In this document: positions 10,245 through 20,172 of the stretch, one piece after another
Numbering within the stretch: position 1 is the first letter of the stretch
Layout: the number at the start of each line of letters is the position of its first letter
DNA from: a virus
Length of the DNA: 64,000 nucleotides
Strand: one strand, 5' to 3'
IMG/VR virus record: IMGVR_UViG_3300003873_000004
Location: 1-64,000 of that record
Position numbers and translations under genes: made by a program
Notes under the pieces: generated by a model
Databases searched by the model: none
Told to the model about the DNA's origin: nothing
What the model saw: only the letters and a program-made list of their open reading frames with translations

Positions 10245-10480
10245 TGGAAGAACCAAAAGAAGATGTCGATTTATGGAAACATCGTAGAGGTCTAGCTATG
10301 AAATCATTTTATTGTGCTGTGACTATTATGATTGCTGTATTGGTATTCTTTTTCTTTGGCAATCCAGAAAGAATCAAAGCGGCATCAGAAGTCGGCACGG
10401 TAGCAATAGCAATGTTCGGATTCTTTGCTTCTATTATCGGGGCATATATTGGGGCATCAGCGTGGACGGACAAAAAATGA
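10244..10480 (+). CDS. Two-TM membrane protein, holin-like
   Basis: Two hydrophobic helices and charged termini; 78 aa. Confidence 0.5.
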   Translation: MEEPKEDVDLWKHRRGLAMKSFYCAVTIMIAVLVFFFFGNPERIKAASEVGTVAIAMFGFFASIIGAYIGASAWTDKK

Positions 10481-11367
10481 AAATATTAGGAATTCTAAAA
10501 GAAATAATTTTGATTTCTTTGCTGGTATTTGCTGGATTTGCTTATTATACGTCGTCCCATAATACAACACAATTACATGGAACTACAGCACACAAGATTT
10601 CAGAAGGGGTAGCACAAGGCACTACAAAAATTGTTCATTCTATTTCTAAAACTGAAATAGATGCTAGAATAGCGGCAGAAGTATCAAAACAAGTAATCAA
10701 AGCAAAAGCAGAAATATATGCTCAAGTCAAAGGTAATTGGGCTGGCAAAAACAACGAACATTCAAAACTTGTTGATAGATATAAAACAAAGAAGAAAACA
10801 TTAGAATGGAAAGATGGAACAACTGGCGAAACCATGCCTATTGGTGTAGCTATATATTCACCAAAACATGACAGATGGACAGCTAAAGCATATAATCTAA
10901 AATTCAAAACTCAAATTGTTCGAACTATAGATAAAGATGGCGGTGTTCATAATACCGTAGCTTTGAGCGCGAAACCCGCACATTTGAAAGGCTGGGAGAA
11001 CAAAAACTTTCCGATCAATATGGACTTGAATCAGTCAGTTTTTACAGAAGTAGAAAATTCAATCTATTTCTGGTCGTGGTGGAATCCAACTTTGTCTCTT
11101 GGTGGTGTCAGTTTGATAGGGCCAAACGGGTTTCGAACTGGCGCGTTTTTGAAATTCAACTTTATGAATTATGGGTATAAAAGCCAACTTCCAGTCTGGC
11201 AAGTTCTTTCTCCATCATTGATATTGTCAAATTCAAATTTGATTTTTGGCATAGAATTCATCAGTTATAATCTTGGGGAAATTCTTCCGGTGATCAAGGA
11301 TTTACATATTGGCGCAGGAATCGACACAAACAAAGACGTTATATTTTCTATCGCATCAGTATTCTAG
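10477..11367 (+). CDS. Hypothetical protein with N-terminal membrane anchor
   Basis: ATGA overlap at 10477; MKILGILKEIILISLLVFAGFAYY anchor. Confidence 0.6.
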   Translation: MKILGILKEIILISLLVFAGFAYYTSSHNTTQLHGTTAHKISEGVAQGTTKIVHSISKTEIDARIAAEVSKQVIKAKAEIYAQVKGNWAGKNNEHSKLVDRYKTKKKTLEWKDGTTGETMPIGVAIYSPKHDRWTAKAYNLKFKTQIVRTIDKDGGVHNTVALSAKPAHLKGWENKNFPINMDLNQSVFTEVENSIYFWSWWNPTLSLGGVSLIGPNGFRTGAFLKFNFMNYGYKSQLPVWQVLSPSLILSNSNLIFGIEFISYNLGEILPVIKDLHIGAGIDTNKDVIFSIASVF

Positions 11368-11379
11368 CTAAATACAGAC

Positions 11380-12555
11380 ATGGCTATTACTACTCAAGAC
11401 CAACTAATTCAATACTGTTATCGAAATCTTGGTGCCCCTGTTGTCAATATCGAAGTATCACTAGATCAGGCGATTGATCGAGTTTCCGATGCGGTTCAGT
11501 TTTTCACAGAACGACATTATGACGGCACTGAAGAAGTATGGTATCATCGAACCGTTTCTTATCAGGATTCTCTTAATGGTTATCTGACAATTCCGCCAGA
11601 ATATTCCGCTATGATTGATATTCTTGGCCCATCTGGAAATGGTTCTGGTGTTGATAATCTTGACAACTTTCAATTTCACTTCATGCAGAATCTTAACGCT
11701 GTGATGTCTAAGCATGGTGGAAATATTGGCGGGCAAATTAGCAACTATTATATTCAGATGTCTCATTTGGATATGATTCAAAACCTACTACAACAAGATC
11801 ACAATTTTGATTATAACGCCACGTCACATATTCTAAGACCAAGATTTCGTCTGAATAGTATTGGTTCAGCTAATTTATTGAAAGATTCGATTGATCTAAC
11901 CACTTCTAACTGGACTTATGCTAACAGCGCCCCAACAGCAGGCGTACTAGATCAAAATGGTACAAACAAAGCATATTCGGTCACTTCTACGGCCGTTGGA
12001 TTATTTTCTGTGTCACAGACAATTTCGACAAAACGATATGTTCGTGGTACATATACTGCTATAATTCCAATCTCGAAAGGAACATATGCGGGCAATCTTA
12101 CTATGACAGTATCAGACGCCAATGGAATTGTAGCAACTTCAACAATTGTACCCGGCACTTTATGGAATGATGAATTTTTAGAAGTGATTTTCCCCGCAAC
12201 ATCAGCAAATGATATTATTCTAAAAATTGAAGGGACAGCCACGGCAGGAACCGAAAATTTCAACATCTTTCAGCCAGTGCTATATCTTAACAAAACCTTG
12301 ATCATTCATGGATATAAAACTGTCACTCCGGGCAATAGTTCAGTTTATGATAATCGTTGGCTGAAAAAATATTGTACTTCTTTGATAAAGCGTCAATGGG
12401 GCAGCAATTTGAAGAAGATGAGCGGGATTCAAATGCCCGGCGGCGTAGAGCTGAATGGTCAGGCAATCTTCGACGAAGCAGAACAAGAAATAGAAAAACT
12501 GATGGAATCCTTCCAGCTTGACTTTCAGACTTTGCCAGTAGATACTTGGGCGTAA
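11380..12555 (+). CDS. gp13: Neck protein gp13 with an internal insertion
   Basis: LIQYCYRNLGAPVVNIEV, HYDG, WLKKY...LIKRQWGSNLKK..GIQMPGGVELNG. Confidence 0.9.
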   Translation: MAITTQDQLIQYCYRNLGAPVVNIEVSLDQAIDRVSDAVQFFTERHYDGTEEVWYHRTVSYQDSLNGYLTIPPEYSAMIDILGPSGNGSGVDNLDNFQFHFMQNLNAVMSKHGGNIGGQISNYYIQMSHLDMIQNLLQQDHNFDYNATSHILRPRFRLNSIGSANLLKDSIDLTTSNWTYANSAPTAGVLDQNGTNKAYSVTSTAVGLFSVSQTISTKRYVRGTYTAIIPISKGTYAGNLTMTVSDANGIVATSTIVPGTLWNDEFLEVIFPATSANDIILKIEGTATAGTENFNIFQPVLYLNKTLIIHGYKTVTPGNSSVYDNRWLKKYCTSLIKRQWGSNLKKMSGIQMPGGVELNGQAIFDEAEQEIEKLMESFQLDFQTLPVDTWA

Positions 12556-12559
12556 ATAA

Positions 12560-13198
12560 ATGATCAATCCGTTCATTCAAACAAATCTAGCAACAAACAC
12601 AGCAGAGCAAAATCTGATACATGATCTAGTGGCAGAGTCAATTCAATTTAATGGAATAGATTTTGTTTATCTTCCAAGAACAATGAACAACGATGATCCT
12701 TTATTTCATGAGTCAACACAATCTACCTTTTCACAAGTGTTCACTATAGAAGGATATCTTGAAAGTGTAGAATCATTCGAAGGTGACGGCGATATGTTAT
12801 CTGGATTGGGCTTGTCTATCAAAGATCAAGCATCCATCCAGTTCGCACAACGTAGATTTAGAACTGTTACAGGTAAATATCTTCCAATAGAGGGGGATTT
12901 ACTTTATTACAAAAACGCCAAGAGTATTTTCGAAATCAAATTTGTTCAGAATGAATCGCAGTTTTATCCTATGGGTACTTTACCATCGTTCAAAATGACC
13001 TGTGAAAAATATGAATATTCTGGCGAAACTTTCACAACTGGAATTCCAGAACTAGACGCATTGAATAACACGGTCGTAGATTCCGTGGGTGATACAGTTT
13101 CTGTCCCAGCAAATTATAATGATGCTAATATTCCTATTCAGATAGAAGCAGATACGGTGATGTCTTTCAGTGAAACAAATCCTTTCGGTCAAGCATAA
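12560..13198 (+). CDS. gp14: Neck protein gp14
   Basis: EQNLIHDLVAESIQFNG.D.VYLPR, P.EGDLLY, FEIKFV, FSETNPFG. Confidence 0.92.
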   Translation: MINPFIQTNLATNTAEQNLIHDLVAESIQFNGIDFVYLPRTMNNDDPLFHESTQSTFSQVFTIEGYLESVESFEGDGDMLSGLGLSIKDQASIQFAQRRFRTVTGKYLPIEGDLLYYKNAKSIFEIKFVQNESQFYPMGTLPSFKMTCEKYEYSGETFTTGIPELDALNNTVVDSVGDTVSVPANYNDANIPIQIEADTVMSFSETNPFGQA

Positions 13199-13209
13199 GG
13201 AGAATCTAA

Positions 13210-13944
13210 ATGTTAAGTGGAAATCCTTATTACTTCTCATCTATCAGAAAAGTTGTCGTTGGCATTGGAGCAATGTTCAACAATCTAAAATTGGTTGGTG
13301 GTGGTCAAACAATCAAAGTTCCTCTAGCTTATGCGGCGCGGGAAGCATATTGGTCTAAGTTACACGAACAGGACGCTACTGGCAATCGATTGTTCGAAAC
13401 AACTTTACCCAGAATGTCGTTTTATATGACAGGTCTTGACTATGATCCTACCAGACAGAAAAATGCGCTGAATCGTAATCAAACGCAAAGCACAACAAAT
13501 CCAAACAATCTATTTTCACAACTACAACCGATTCCATACAATCTGGCGTTCGAAGTAATTGTGTACACTCGAGAAATTGAGGATTCCCTACAATTGATCG
13601 AACAAATATTGCCTACGTTCACGCCATCGTATAACCTGTCTTTGAATATGATTCCACAGATGAATTTCTCTCAAGATGTGCCAATCGTATTAGACGGTGT
13701 AACAACAGAAGATAATTACGAAGAAGGCTTGTCTGGAAATAGAATTATTACATGGAATTTAGCATTGACCGCTAAATCTAACTTATATCCTCCGGTTGTT
13801 GATTCTGCCCGTATTTCGAAGCAAACTACAACAACATTTTTACAGCCATCTATGACTACGCAACTAGAACAGATTGGTGTTGCTGTTGTTCCGCTTACCG
13901 CCAAAATCACTGATCCACACACGATCAGTACCACAATAGCATGA
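13210..13944 (+). CDS. gp15: Tail sheath stabiliser/terminator gp15
   Basis: IKVPLAY, TLPRMSF, QLIEQILPTFTP. Confidence 0.92.
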   Translation: MLSGNPYYFSSIRKVVVGIGAMFNNLKLVGGGQTIKVPLAYAAREAYWSKLHEQDATGNRLFETTLPRMSFYMTGLDYDPTRQKNALNRNQTQSTTNPNNLFSQLQPIPYNLAFEVIVYTREIEDSLQLIEQILPTFTPSYNLSLNMIPQMNFSQDVPIVLDGVTTEDNYEEGLSGNRIITWNLALTAKSNLYPPVVDSARISKQTTTTFLQPSMTTQLEQIGVAVVPLTAKITDPHTISTTIA

Positions 13945-14354
13945 ATTCTATAGAAGAATCTTTCGATATTGAACCAGACGAAAATGTTGTCGTTAGAGTA
14001 CAGATAGAACCGGCCACAAGAAAGTCTAACACAGAAGAACCAACAAAGCAAGACTTCGTTGATGATTATAATTTTGCTCGAGATACCCTGAATACAGTTA
14101 TCAAGACTGGAGTAGAAGCATTAAATGGTGTTATGAACTCTGCTGCTGAATCCGGTCATCCCAGAGCATATGAAGTTGTTGCTACATTGTTGAATCAATT
14201 ATCTGGAGCATCGAAAGATTTGCTTTCTCTGTCAGAAGTCGCCACAAAAATTGCTCCTGTAGAATCAGAAAAGAAAGATAAGTCAGAAGATTATTTCGTA
14301 GGTTCGACAAAAGAATTGAACGCGATGATCGAAGATGGAAAAGATGGCAAGTAA
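13941..14354 (+). CDS. gp16: Terminase small subunit
   Basis: DDYNFARDTL, HPRAYEV, FVGSTKEL. Confidence 0.9.
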   Translation: MNSIEESFDIEPDENVVVRVQIEPATRKSNTEEPTKQDFVDDYNFARDTLNTVIKTGVEALNGVMNSAAESGHPRAYEVVATLLNQLSGASKDLLSLSEVATKIAPVESEKKDKSEDYFVGSTKELNAMIEDGKDGK

Positions 14355-15933
14355 AACCGGATATCTTGGAAATAGAAATCTAAAGCCCGCGGGAACAGAA
14401 GTAAAATTTACCAAGAAACAAGTCGCTGAATATATTAAATGTAAAAACGATGTTTTATATTTTGCTGAGCATTATTTCAAAATTGTATCATTAGATGATG
14501 GTTTAATAACAATAAAACTTTGGGAACACCAAAAAAAGTTTCTAAACACCCTCAAGGACAATAGGTTCGTTATAGCCTGTTGTGGACGACAAACATCAAA
14601 ATCGACAACTCTAACCATTGATATTCTACACTATATGCTTTTCAACGATCATAAAACGTGTGCCATATTAGCAAACAAACTGGCAACGGCTAGAGAAATT
14701 TTCTCTAGAGTTCAACTAGCATATGAGAAACTTCCTAGTTGGTTGCAACAGGGAGTTATCGAGTGGAATAAAGGCAGTTGTTCTCTAGAAAATGGTTCGA
14801 AAGTAATTTGCTCTGCTTCTTCTGGTTCGTCGATACGTGGCATGAGTATAAATTTTCTTATGATAGACGAAGTAGCAATTTTCGATTCTAATATTTGGGA
14901 AGAATTTTACACATCGACATATCCTACTATTTCTTCTGGTAAAAAATCAAGAATTGTCCTTGTATCGACAATGAAAGGACTTAATCATTTTTATCATTTG
15001 TTTACAGATGCTAAACATGGAAGGAACGAATTTGCTTGGCACGAAGCAGACTGGACATGTGACCCAAGAAGAGACGAAGAATGGAAGCGTCAAACAATCG
15101 CCAATACATCAGAAGAAGCGTTCGCTCAAGAACATCTCAACATTCCGTTCGGCAGTTCTCTGTCTCTAATTTCTTCTACCAAACTACAAACGCTGACGAT
15201 ATTAGACCCAATCGAATTTCGTGACGCTCTAAGATTTTATGTGAAACCAGAAAAGGGTCATTCTTATGTCACTGTTGTAGACGTATCTCGAGGAAAGGGA
15301 TTAGATAATTCAGCATTTTCGGTAATTGATGTGACTGATTATCCTTTTAAACAAGTTGCTACATATTATGATGATTCAATTTCGCCTTTGATTTATCCGT
15401 CTATCATACAGACAATAGCTAGAACATATAACGAAGCTGCTATATTGGTCGAAACAAATGATATTGGTGAATCCATAGCAACAAAATTACATTATGATTT
15501 AGAATATCCAAATGTTGTATGGATTAGGCCAAAAGACGGAAAGAAATCCATTGGCGTTAGAACCACTAAATCTGTCAAAGCTAAAGGCTGTTCTAATCTA
15601 AAAGATATTATAGAGAAAGATGTTCTTATTGTCAACGATAAAAACACTATCACAGAATTAACCGGATTCATTCAGAAAGGTAGTTCATACGAAGCGGATT
15701 CTGGGTTTCATGATGACCTAGTGATGGGATTAGTGCTGTTTGCTTGGTTTGTAGAAACGGTAGAATTTGGAAACTGTAGAGAAAGTTTTTCGTTATCAAC
15801 TAATGCGTATGGACAAGAGATCAAAAAATTAGAAGATGAAATAGGAACAGCATTTTTCATAGATGACGGATTAGACGAATCAGAAAATATCATCGTTGGA
15901 GAAGTGGCAGCGTGGTCTAGCGCTGTTATATGA
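14335..15933 (+). CDS. gp17: Terminase large subunit
   Basis: YLGNRNLK, RQTSKST, LMIDE, VDVSRG.G.D, HDDLVM. Confidence 0.95.
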   Translation: MEKMASKTGYLGNRNLKPAGTEVKFTKKQVAEYIKCKNDVLYFAEHYFKIVSLDDGLITIKLWEHQKKFLNTLKDNRFVIACCGRQTSKSTTLTIDILHYMLFNDHKTCAILANKLATAREIFSRVQLAYEKLPSWLQQGVIEWNKGSCSLENGSKVICSASSGSSIRGMSINFLMIDEVAIFDSNIWEEFYTSTYPTISSGKKSRIVLVSTMKGLNHFYHLFTDAKHGRNEFAWHEADWTCDPRRDEEWKRQTIANTSEEAFAQEHLNIPFGSSLSLISSTKLQTLTILDPIEFRDALRFYVKPEKGHSYVTVVDVSRGKGLDNSAFSVIDVTDYPFKQVATYYDDSISPLIYPSIIQTIARTYNEAAILVETNDIGESIATKLHYDLEYPNVVWIRPKDGKKSIGVRTTKSVKAKGCSNLKDIIEKDVLIVNDKNTITELTGFIQKGSSYEADSGFHDDLVMGLVLFAWFVETVEFGNCRESFSLSTNAYGQEIKKLEDEIGTAFFIDDGLDESENIIVGEVAAWSSAVI

Positions 15934-15990
15934 AAGCAAAAATGCCGTTTAGCTAAATAAAATAAAGCAAATTTTTAAAGGAGAAAAATT

Positions 15991-17790
15991 ATGGGTCTAA
16001 GTTTAAGCCCTAGTGTGAATGTCAAAGAAATTGACCTAACTACATCTATCCCGGCCGTCGCAACATCTATTGGCGCAATCGTTGGTAATTATGTATGGGG
16101 GCCAGTCGACGAACATACGCTAGTCACACGCGAAGATGATCTTGTTTCGAGATTTGGTCTTCCAAACGATATAACGGCTGGGGATTTCTTTTCTGCCGCA
16201 AACTTTCTGGCGTATTCTGGTAATCTGCAGGTTATTCGAGTAACAGACGCGCTAGCACGAAATGCGTCTGATAATGCCTCCGCTACTGCTGTTGTCAAAA
16301 ATTTCACAGATTTCGAAGCAAAGAACGGCGCAGCCATTGTAGATGGTTGGGGTTCAGCTATTGTAGCCAAGTATCCCGGTGTTTACGGCAATGATATTAC
16401 AGTAGATGTTGCTGATGCGACCACTTTCAGCAATGTACGTCTAGTACACGGCGCTGTAACAGGCACAGCCTTTGCTCTTGCTGATACTTTAACAGGCGGA
16501 ACGTCTAGTGCTGTTGGTACGATTGTTCGACTGATTTCAGCAACAGAAGTAGAAATCACAGTAACGTCTGGCGTATTTGCTGACAATGAAACGATTACAT
16601 CTTCTGGTACTGGTACATCGGTTATTTCTATTGTGTCTGGTTGGGATAGCAACTCAATGTTCGACTTTGCTCCAACCGGAACAGAAATTGCGGTAGTTGT
16701 GTATAAAGCTGGTGCTGCTGTAGAAAACTTTTTAGCAGATACTAACATTGCGGCTAAGGATTATCAAGGCAATTCAACATTTGTAGACAATCTGGTTGGT
16801 CGTCAATCATCTTATATTTGGACAAACTCACCAATCATGACTGGCGCGGATGCTAATTTGGCCGCCCAACACTATGTTCTAAGCGGTGGTGTAGATTCCG
16901 GTGTTCCTACTGCTGGTGAGTACGAAGCTGGTTGGGTACTATTTTCCAATCCAGATGTTCTAGATGTCAATTTGCTGATCACTGGTGCCGCTGGCCCGAT
17001 TGTTGGTAAATATGTAATTCAGAACGTAGCAGAAACACGTCTTGATTGCGTGGCTTTCGTATCACCAAACGCTTCTGATGTTGTAAATAACGTATCGGCC
17101 GCAGCAAATGTCGCCGCATTGCGTGCCGTTGGCGGTTCATTGAATCTATCATCTTCTTATGGCGTAATGGATGGTAACTTCAAATATCAGTATGATCGTT
17201 ATAATGACGTTTATCGCTGGTTGCCACTAAACGGCGATATTGCCGGACTATGTGCTTTCACTGATCATGTAGCAGACGCTTGGTATTCACCTGCAGGTTT
17301 CAATCGCGGCAATATCAAGAATGTTGTCAAGTTGGCTTTCAATCCAAACAAAGCAGAACGTGATTTACTGTTCAAGAACAACGTAAATCCTGTTGTAACT
17401 TTCAAGGGTCAAGGAACCGTACTATTCGGCGATAAGACAATGCAGACCAAGCCAAGTGCTTTCGATGCTATCAATGTTCGTCGACTGTTTATCGTACTTG
17501 AAAAAGCAATCGCTACAGCGGCTAAGTATTCATTGTTCGAGTTGAATACGGCCTTCACGCGTTCGCGGTTTGTAAACGGCGTTTCTCCCTTCCTGCGCGA
17601 CGTAAAAGGACGTCAAGGTGTTTATGACTTTGCTGTTGTTGCTGATGAACGAAACAACACACCTCAGGTCATCGACAGCGGAGAATTTAGAGCGGATATT
17701 TATATCAAGCCTTCACGTTCTATCCGTAATATTTCACTATCTTTTGTTGCTGTTCGCACTGGCGTAAGTTTCAAAGAAGTAATTGGTTAA
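15991..17790 (+). CDS. gp18: Tail sheath protein
   Basis: SPSVNVKEIDLT, WGP, WYSPAGFNRG, INVRRLF. Confidence 0.95.
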   Translation: MGLSLSPSVNVKEIDLTTSIPAVATSIGAIVGNYVWGPVDEHTLVTREDDLVSRFGLPNDITAGDFFSAANFLAYSGNLQVIRVTDALARNASDNASATAVVKNFTDFEAKNGAAIVDGWGSAIVAKYPGVYGNDITVDVADATTFSNVRLVHGAVTGTAFALADTLTGGTSSAVGTIVRLISATEVEITVTSGVFADNETITSSGTGTSVISIVSGWDSNSMFDFAPTGTEIAVVVYKAGAAVENFLADTNIAAKDYQGNSTFVDNLVGRQSSYIWTNSPIMTGADANLAAQHYVLSGGVDSGVPTAGEYEAGWVLFSNPDVLDVNLLITGAAGPIVGKYVIQNVAETRLDCVAFVSPNASDVVNNVSAAANVAALRAVGGSLNLSSSYGVMDGNFKYQYDRYNDVYRWLPLNGDIAGLCAFTDHVADAWYSPAGFNRGNIKNVVKLAFNPNKAERDLLFKNNVNPVVTFKGQGTVLFGDKTMQTKPSAFDAINVRRLFIVLEKAIATAAKYSLFELNTAFTRSRFVNGVSPFLRDVKGRQGVYDFAVVADERNNTPQVIDSGEFRADIYIKPSRSIRNISLSFVAVRTGVSFKEVIG

Positions 17791-17804
17791 GGAGAATATA
17801 ACTA

Positions 17805-18305
17805 ATGGCACAAAGTATAGATTCATTTCGAAGTCACATCGCAAACTTTGCTCGTCCGACCCTGTTCAGGGTTGAGGTGGCTGGCATTTTAGACGAAAGT
17901 CTAGAGTTTGTTTGTAAGGCAGCAAATTTGCCGGCATCCACTATGGGTGTAATCGAAGTTCCGTATATGGGGCGCAAACTGAAAATCCCAGGAGATCGAA
18001 CGTATTCTGAATGGTCTTTGACCATCATGAACGATTCTTCTATGCTCATTAAGAAACAGTTGGAAGATTGGCAGAATACAATCAACGACGTATTGCTTAA
18101 TGTTGGCCCAAATCAGGTGTTTAGTTCAATGCACGATGCTAAAGTTCAGCAACTAGGAACAGATAGCTCTGTATTGGCCGAATATATTCTGGAAGGCTGC
18201 TGGCCGATGGAAATTGGGGAAACAGAATTGTCATTTGAGTCAAATGACACAATCAGTGAGTTTTCCGTAACCTTAGCTTACCAACTTCACAGGCGAACAG
18301 TGTAA
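17805..18305 (+). CDS. gp19: Tail tube protein
   Basis: ARPTLFRV, CKAANLPAS, VPYMGRKLKIPGDRTY. Confidence 0.95.
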   Translation: MAQSIDSFRSHIANFARPTLFRVEVAGILDESLEFVCKAANLPASTMGVIEVPYMGRKLKIPGDRTYSEWSLTIMNDSSMLIKKQLEDWQNTINDVLLNVGPNQVFSSMHDAKVQQLGTDSSVLAEYILEGCWPMEIGETELSFESNDTISEFSVTLAYQLHRRTV

Positions 18306-18361
18306 TAAATTTCGGTAACGTAGTCTATTCATTCAAAAATTAGTTTTTGCTAAATAGATGC

Positions 18362-20164
18362 ATGAACTTTAAAGAATGGATAGACTACGTACCTTTACCT
18401 AACGGAAAACTAGCAACATTAAGATTGTACAGCAAGAAAAATGAAGCCAATGCTAATATACTCATAGAAAAAACCTCTCAATTAGTTGGCAAGTTGACGC
18501 TTTCTGATCGTTATTGGGTTTATGTAAACAAAATAAAACAGCCAGTGTGTTCATCTTGCGACAATTATGTCGTAATGCTGAATCCAGAACACACCAAATT
18601 TAAACCGTCATGTTCTCAAAAATGTTCAAACGCTTTGTCACACAAGAGAAAGATGGAACGACTGAAGGATGAATCAGAAGCAAGAAAAGTTTCACTTGAA
18701 AGATATGTCGAAATGGCATACAGCAACGGTAAATTGTCTTCTAATTTTTCGGTAGATTTAACCATGAAAAAGTATGGTGTATTTGACGAATTCAATAACT
18801 GGAAATCTAATTTCAATATAGACGCAACAAATAGAATTTATTTGCATCTATACAAGTTGGGTCTATCACAAATTCCAAAATGTAAGTATTGTGATCGAGA
18901 AAGAGCAACAAAAGAAAAAGGGACATTAAAAAATTTCATTCTGCCTCATTGCGGGTTGCCAGCATGTATAAAATTATACAATACAGAACATCTTAAAAAG
19001 TCTAATTTAGAAAAATATGGAGTAGAAAGTAAGAGAGATAGACCGGAAAACATAGAACAAAGATTAGACACAGAGAGAAGGAGGACCGAAGAACAAAGAA
19101 AGAAAAGTATAGAATATTTTCACAATCTTCGAGTGAAAAGTTTTGGCGCAGCAAATACAATAATTCTTGAAAATAAAAATTCGTTAATTGAACTGTTTGA
19201 ACAATATAAAAATCCGCAGACGGTCGCTGCTATTATGGGAATGACACGGGAATCGTTGTCAGCATACGCCAAGAAATATGATATACATAAAATATATTAT
19301 AACAAGAATCATCAAACATCAGCAGTAGAAGATTGTATGTTTGCCTACGTCAAGACTATTGATCCTGACACAGAACAATCAAACAGAGGAACAATTGGCA
19401 AAAAGGAATTGGACATTTATTCCAAGAAACACGAGATAGCAATAGAAGTTGACGGGGTATACTGGCACGGCGAACTTAGAAACAATAACAGATATTCTCA
19501 TGTAGAAAAAACGAATATGTGTGAAAAATTAGGAATCCGACTATTTCATATTTTTGATTGTGAACTGAAAAGACATAAAAATATATGGAAAGATGTTATA
19601 AATAAAGCGTTCGACTACGAAATAACAAAGATTCCTGCGTCGACAACGATAGTGAAACCCATATCACAAAGTAAAGCAAATAAGTTTTTGACAAAAAATG
19701 ACATAGCAGGGAAAGCACAGAGTAGTATAAATTACGCACTGGAAGCAAATGAAGAAATATTAGCGGTTGTTTCCTTTTGCTTGTCTGCTAAGAACAAAAA
19801 TTACAAGTGGGAATTGCTGAGACTGTCAAACAAAATAGGTTCAATCGTTGTTGATGGAAATAGAATGTTGATTGATCGCTTTAGAAAAGACTATCCGGGT
19901 TCGATAGTAGTGTATGAAAATTTAAGATGGGCCGATGATGATAAATTTCTTCGTCTTGGGTTTTCAAAAATAGGAAATACTCAACCGCAGGAATTATTCA
20001 CGAAAAGCGGTTATAAATTATCTACGTTTGATGATATGTTAATTCGTGGAATACCAAAATTATGTGAGAATTTTAATGAAAGTGAAACAGAGGAAGAAAA
20101 TTTGTTAAGTAATGGCTATTATAGAATTTACGATTGTGGAAACACAATCTTTGAATTACGCTAA
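18362..20164 (+). CDS. Hef/Vsr-like putative homing endonuclease
   Basis: CxxC zinc motifs, LEKYGV repeat, ELDIY....IAIEVDGVYWH, KT..C...GIRLFHIF; inserted between gp19 and gp20. Confidence 0.75.
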   Translation: MNFKEWIDYVPLPNGKLATLRLYSKKNEANANILIEKTSQLVGKLTLSDRYWVYVNKIKQPVCSSCDNYVVMLNPEHTKFKPSCSQKCSNALSHKRKMERLKDESEARKVSLERYVEMAYSNGKLSSNFSVDLTMKKYGVFDEFNNWKSNFNIDATNRIYLHLYKLGLSQIPKCKYCDRERATKEKGTLKNFILPHCGLPACIKLYNTEHLKKSNLEKYGVESKRDRPENIEQRLDTERRRTEEQRKKSIEYFHNLRVKSFGAANTIILENKNSLIELFEQYKNPQTVAAIMGMTRESLSAYAKKYDIHKIYYNKNHQTSAVEDCMFAYVKTIDPDTEQSNRGTIGKKELDIYSKKHEIAIEVDGVYWHGELRNNNRYSHVEKTNMCEKLGIRLFHIFDCELKRHKNIWKDVINKAFDYEITKIPASTTIVKPISQSKANKFLTKNDIAGKAQSSINYALEANEEILAVVSFCLSAKNKNYKWELLRLSNKIGSIVVDGNRMLIDRFRKDYPGSIVVYENLRWADDDKFLRLGFSKIGNTQPQELFTKSGYKLSTFDDMLIRGIPKLCENFNESETEEENLLSNGYYRIYDCGNTIFELR

Positions 20165-20172
20165 ATACAAAC

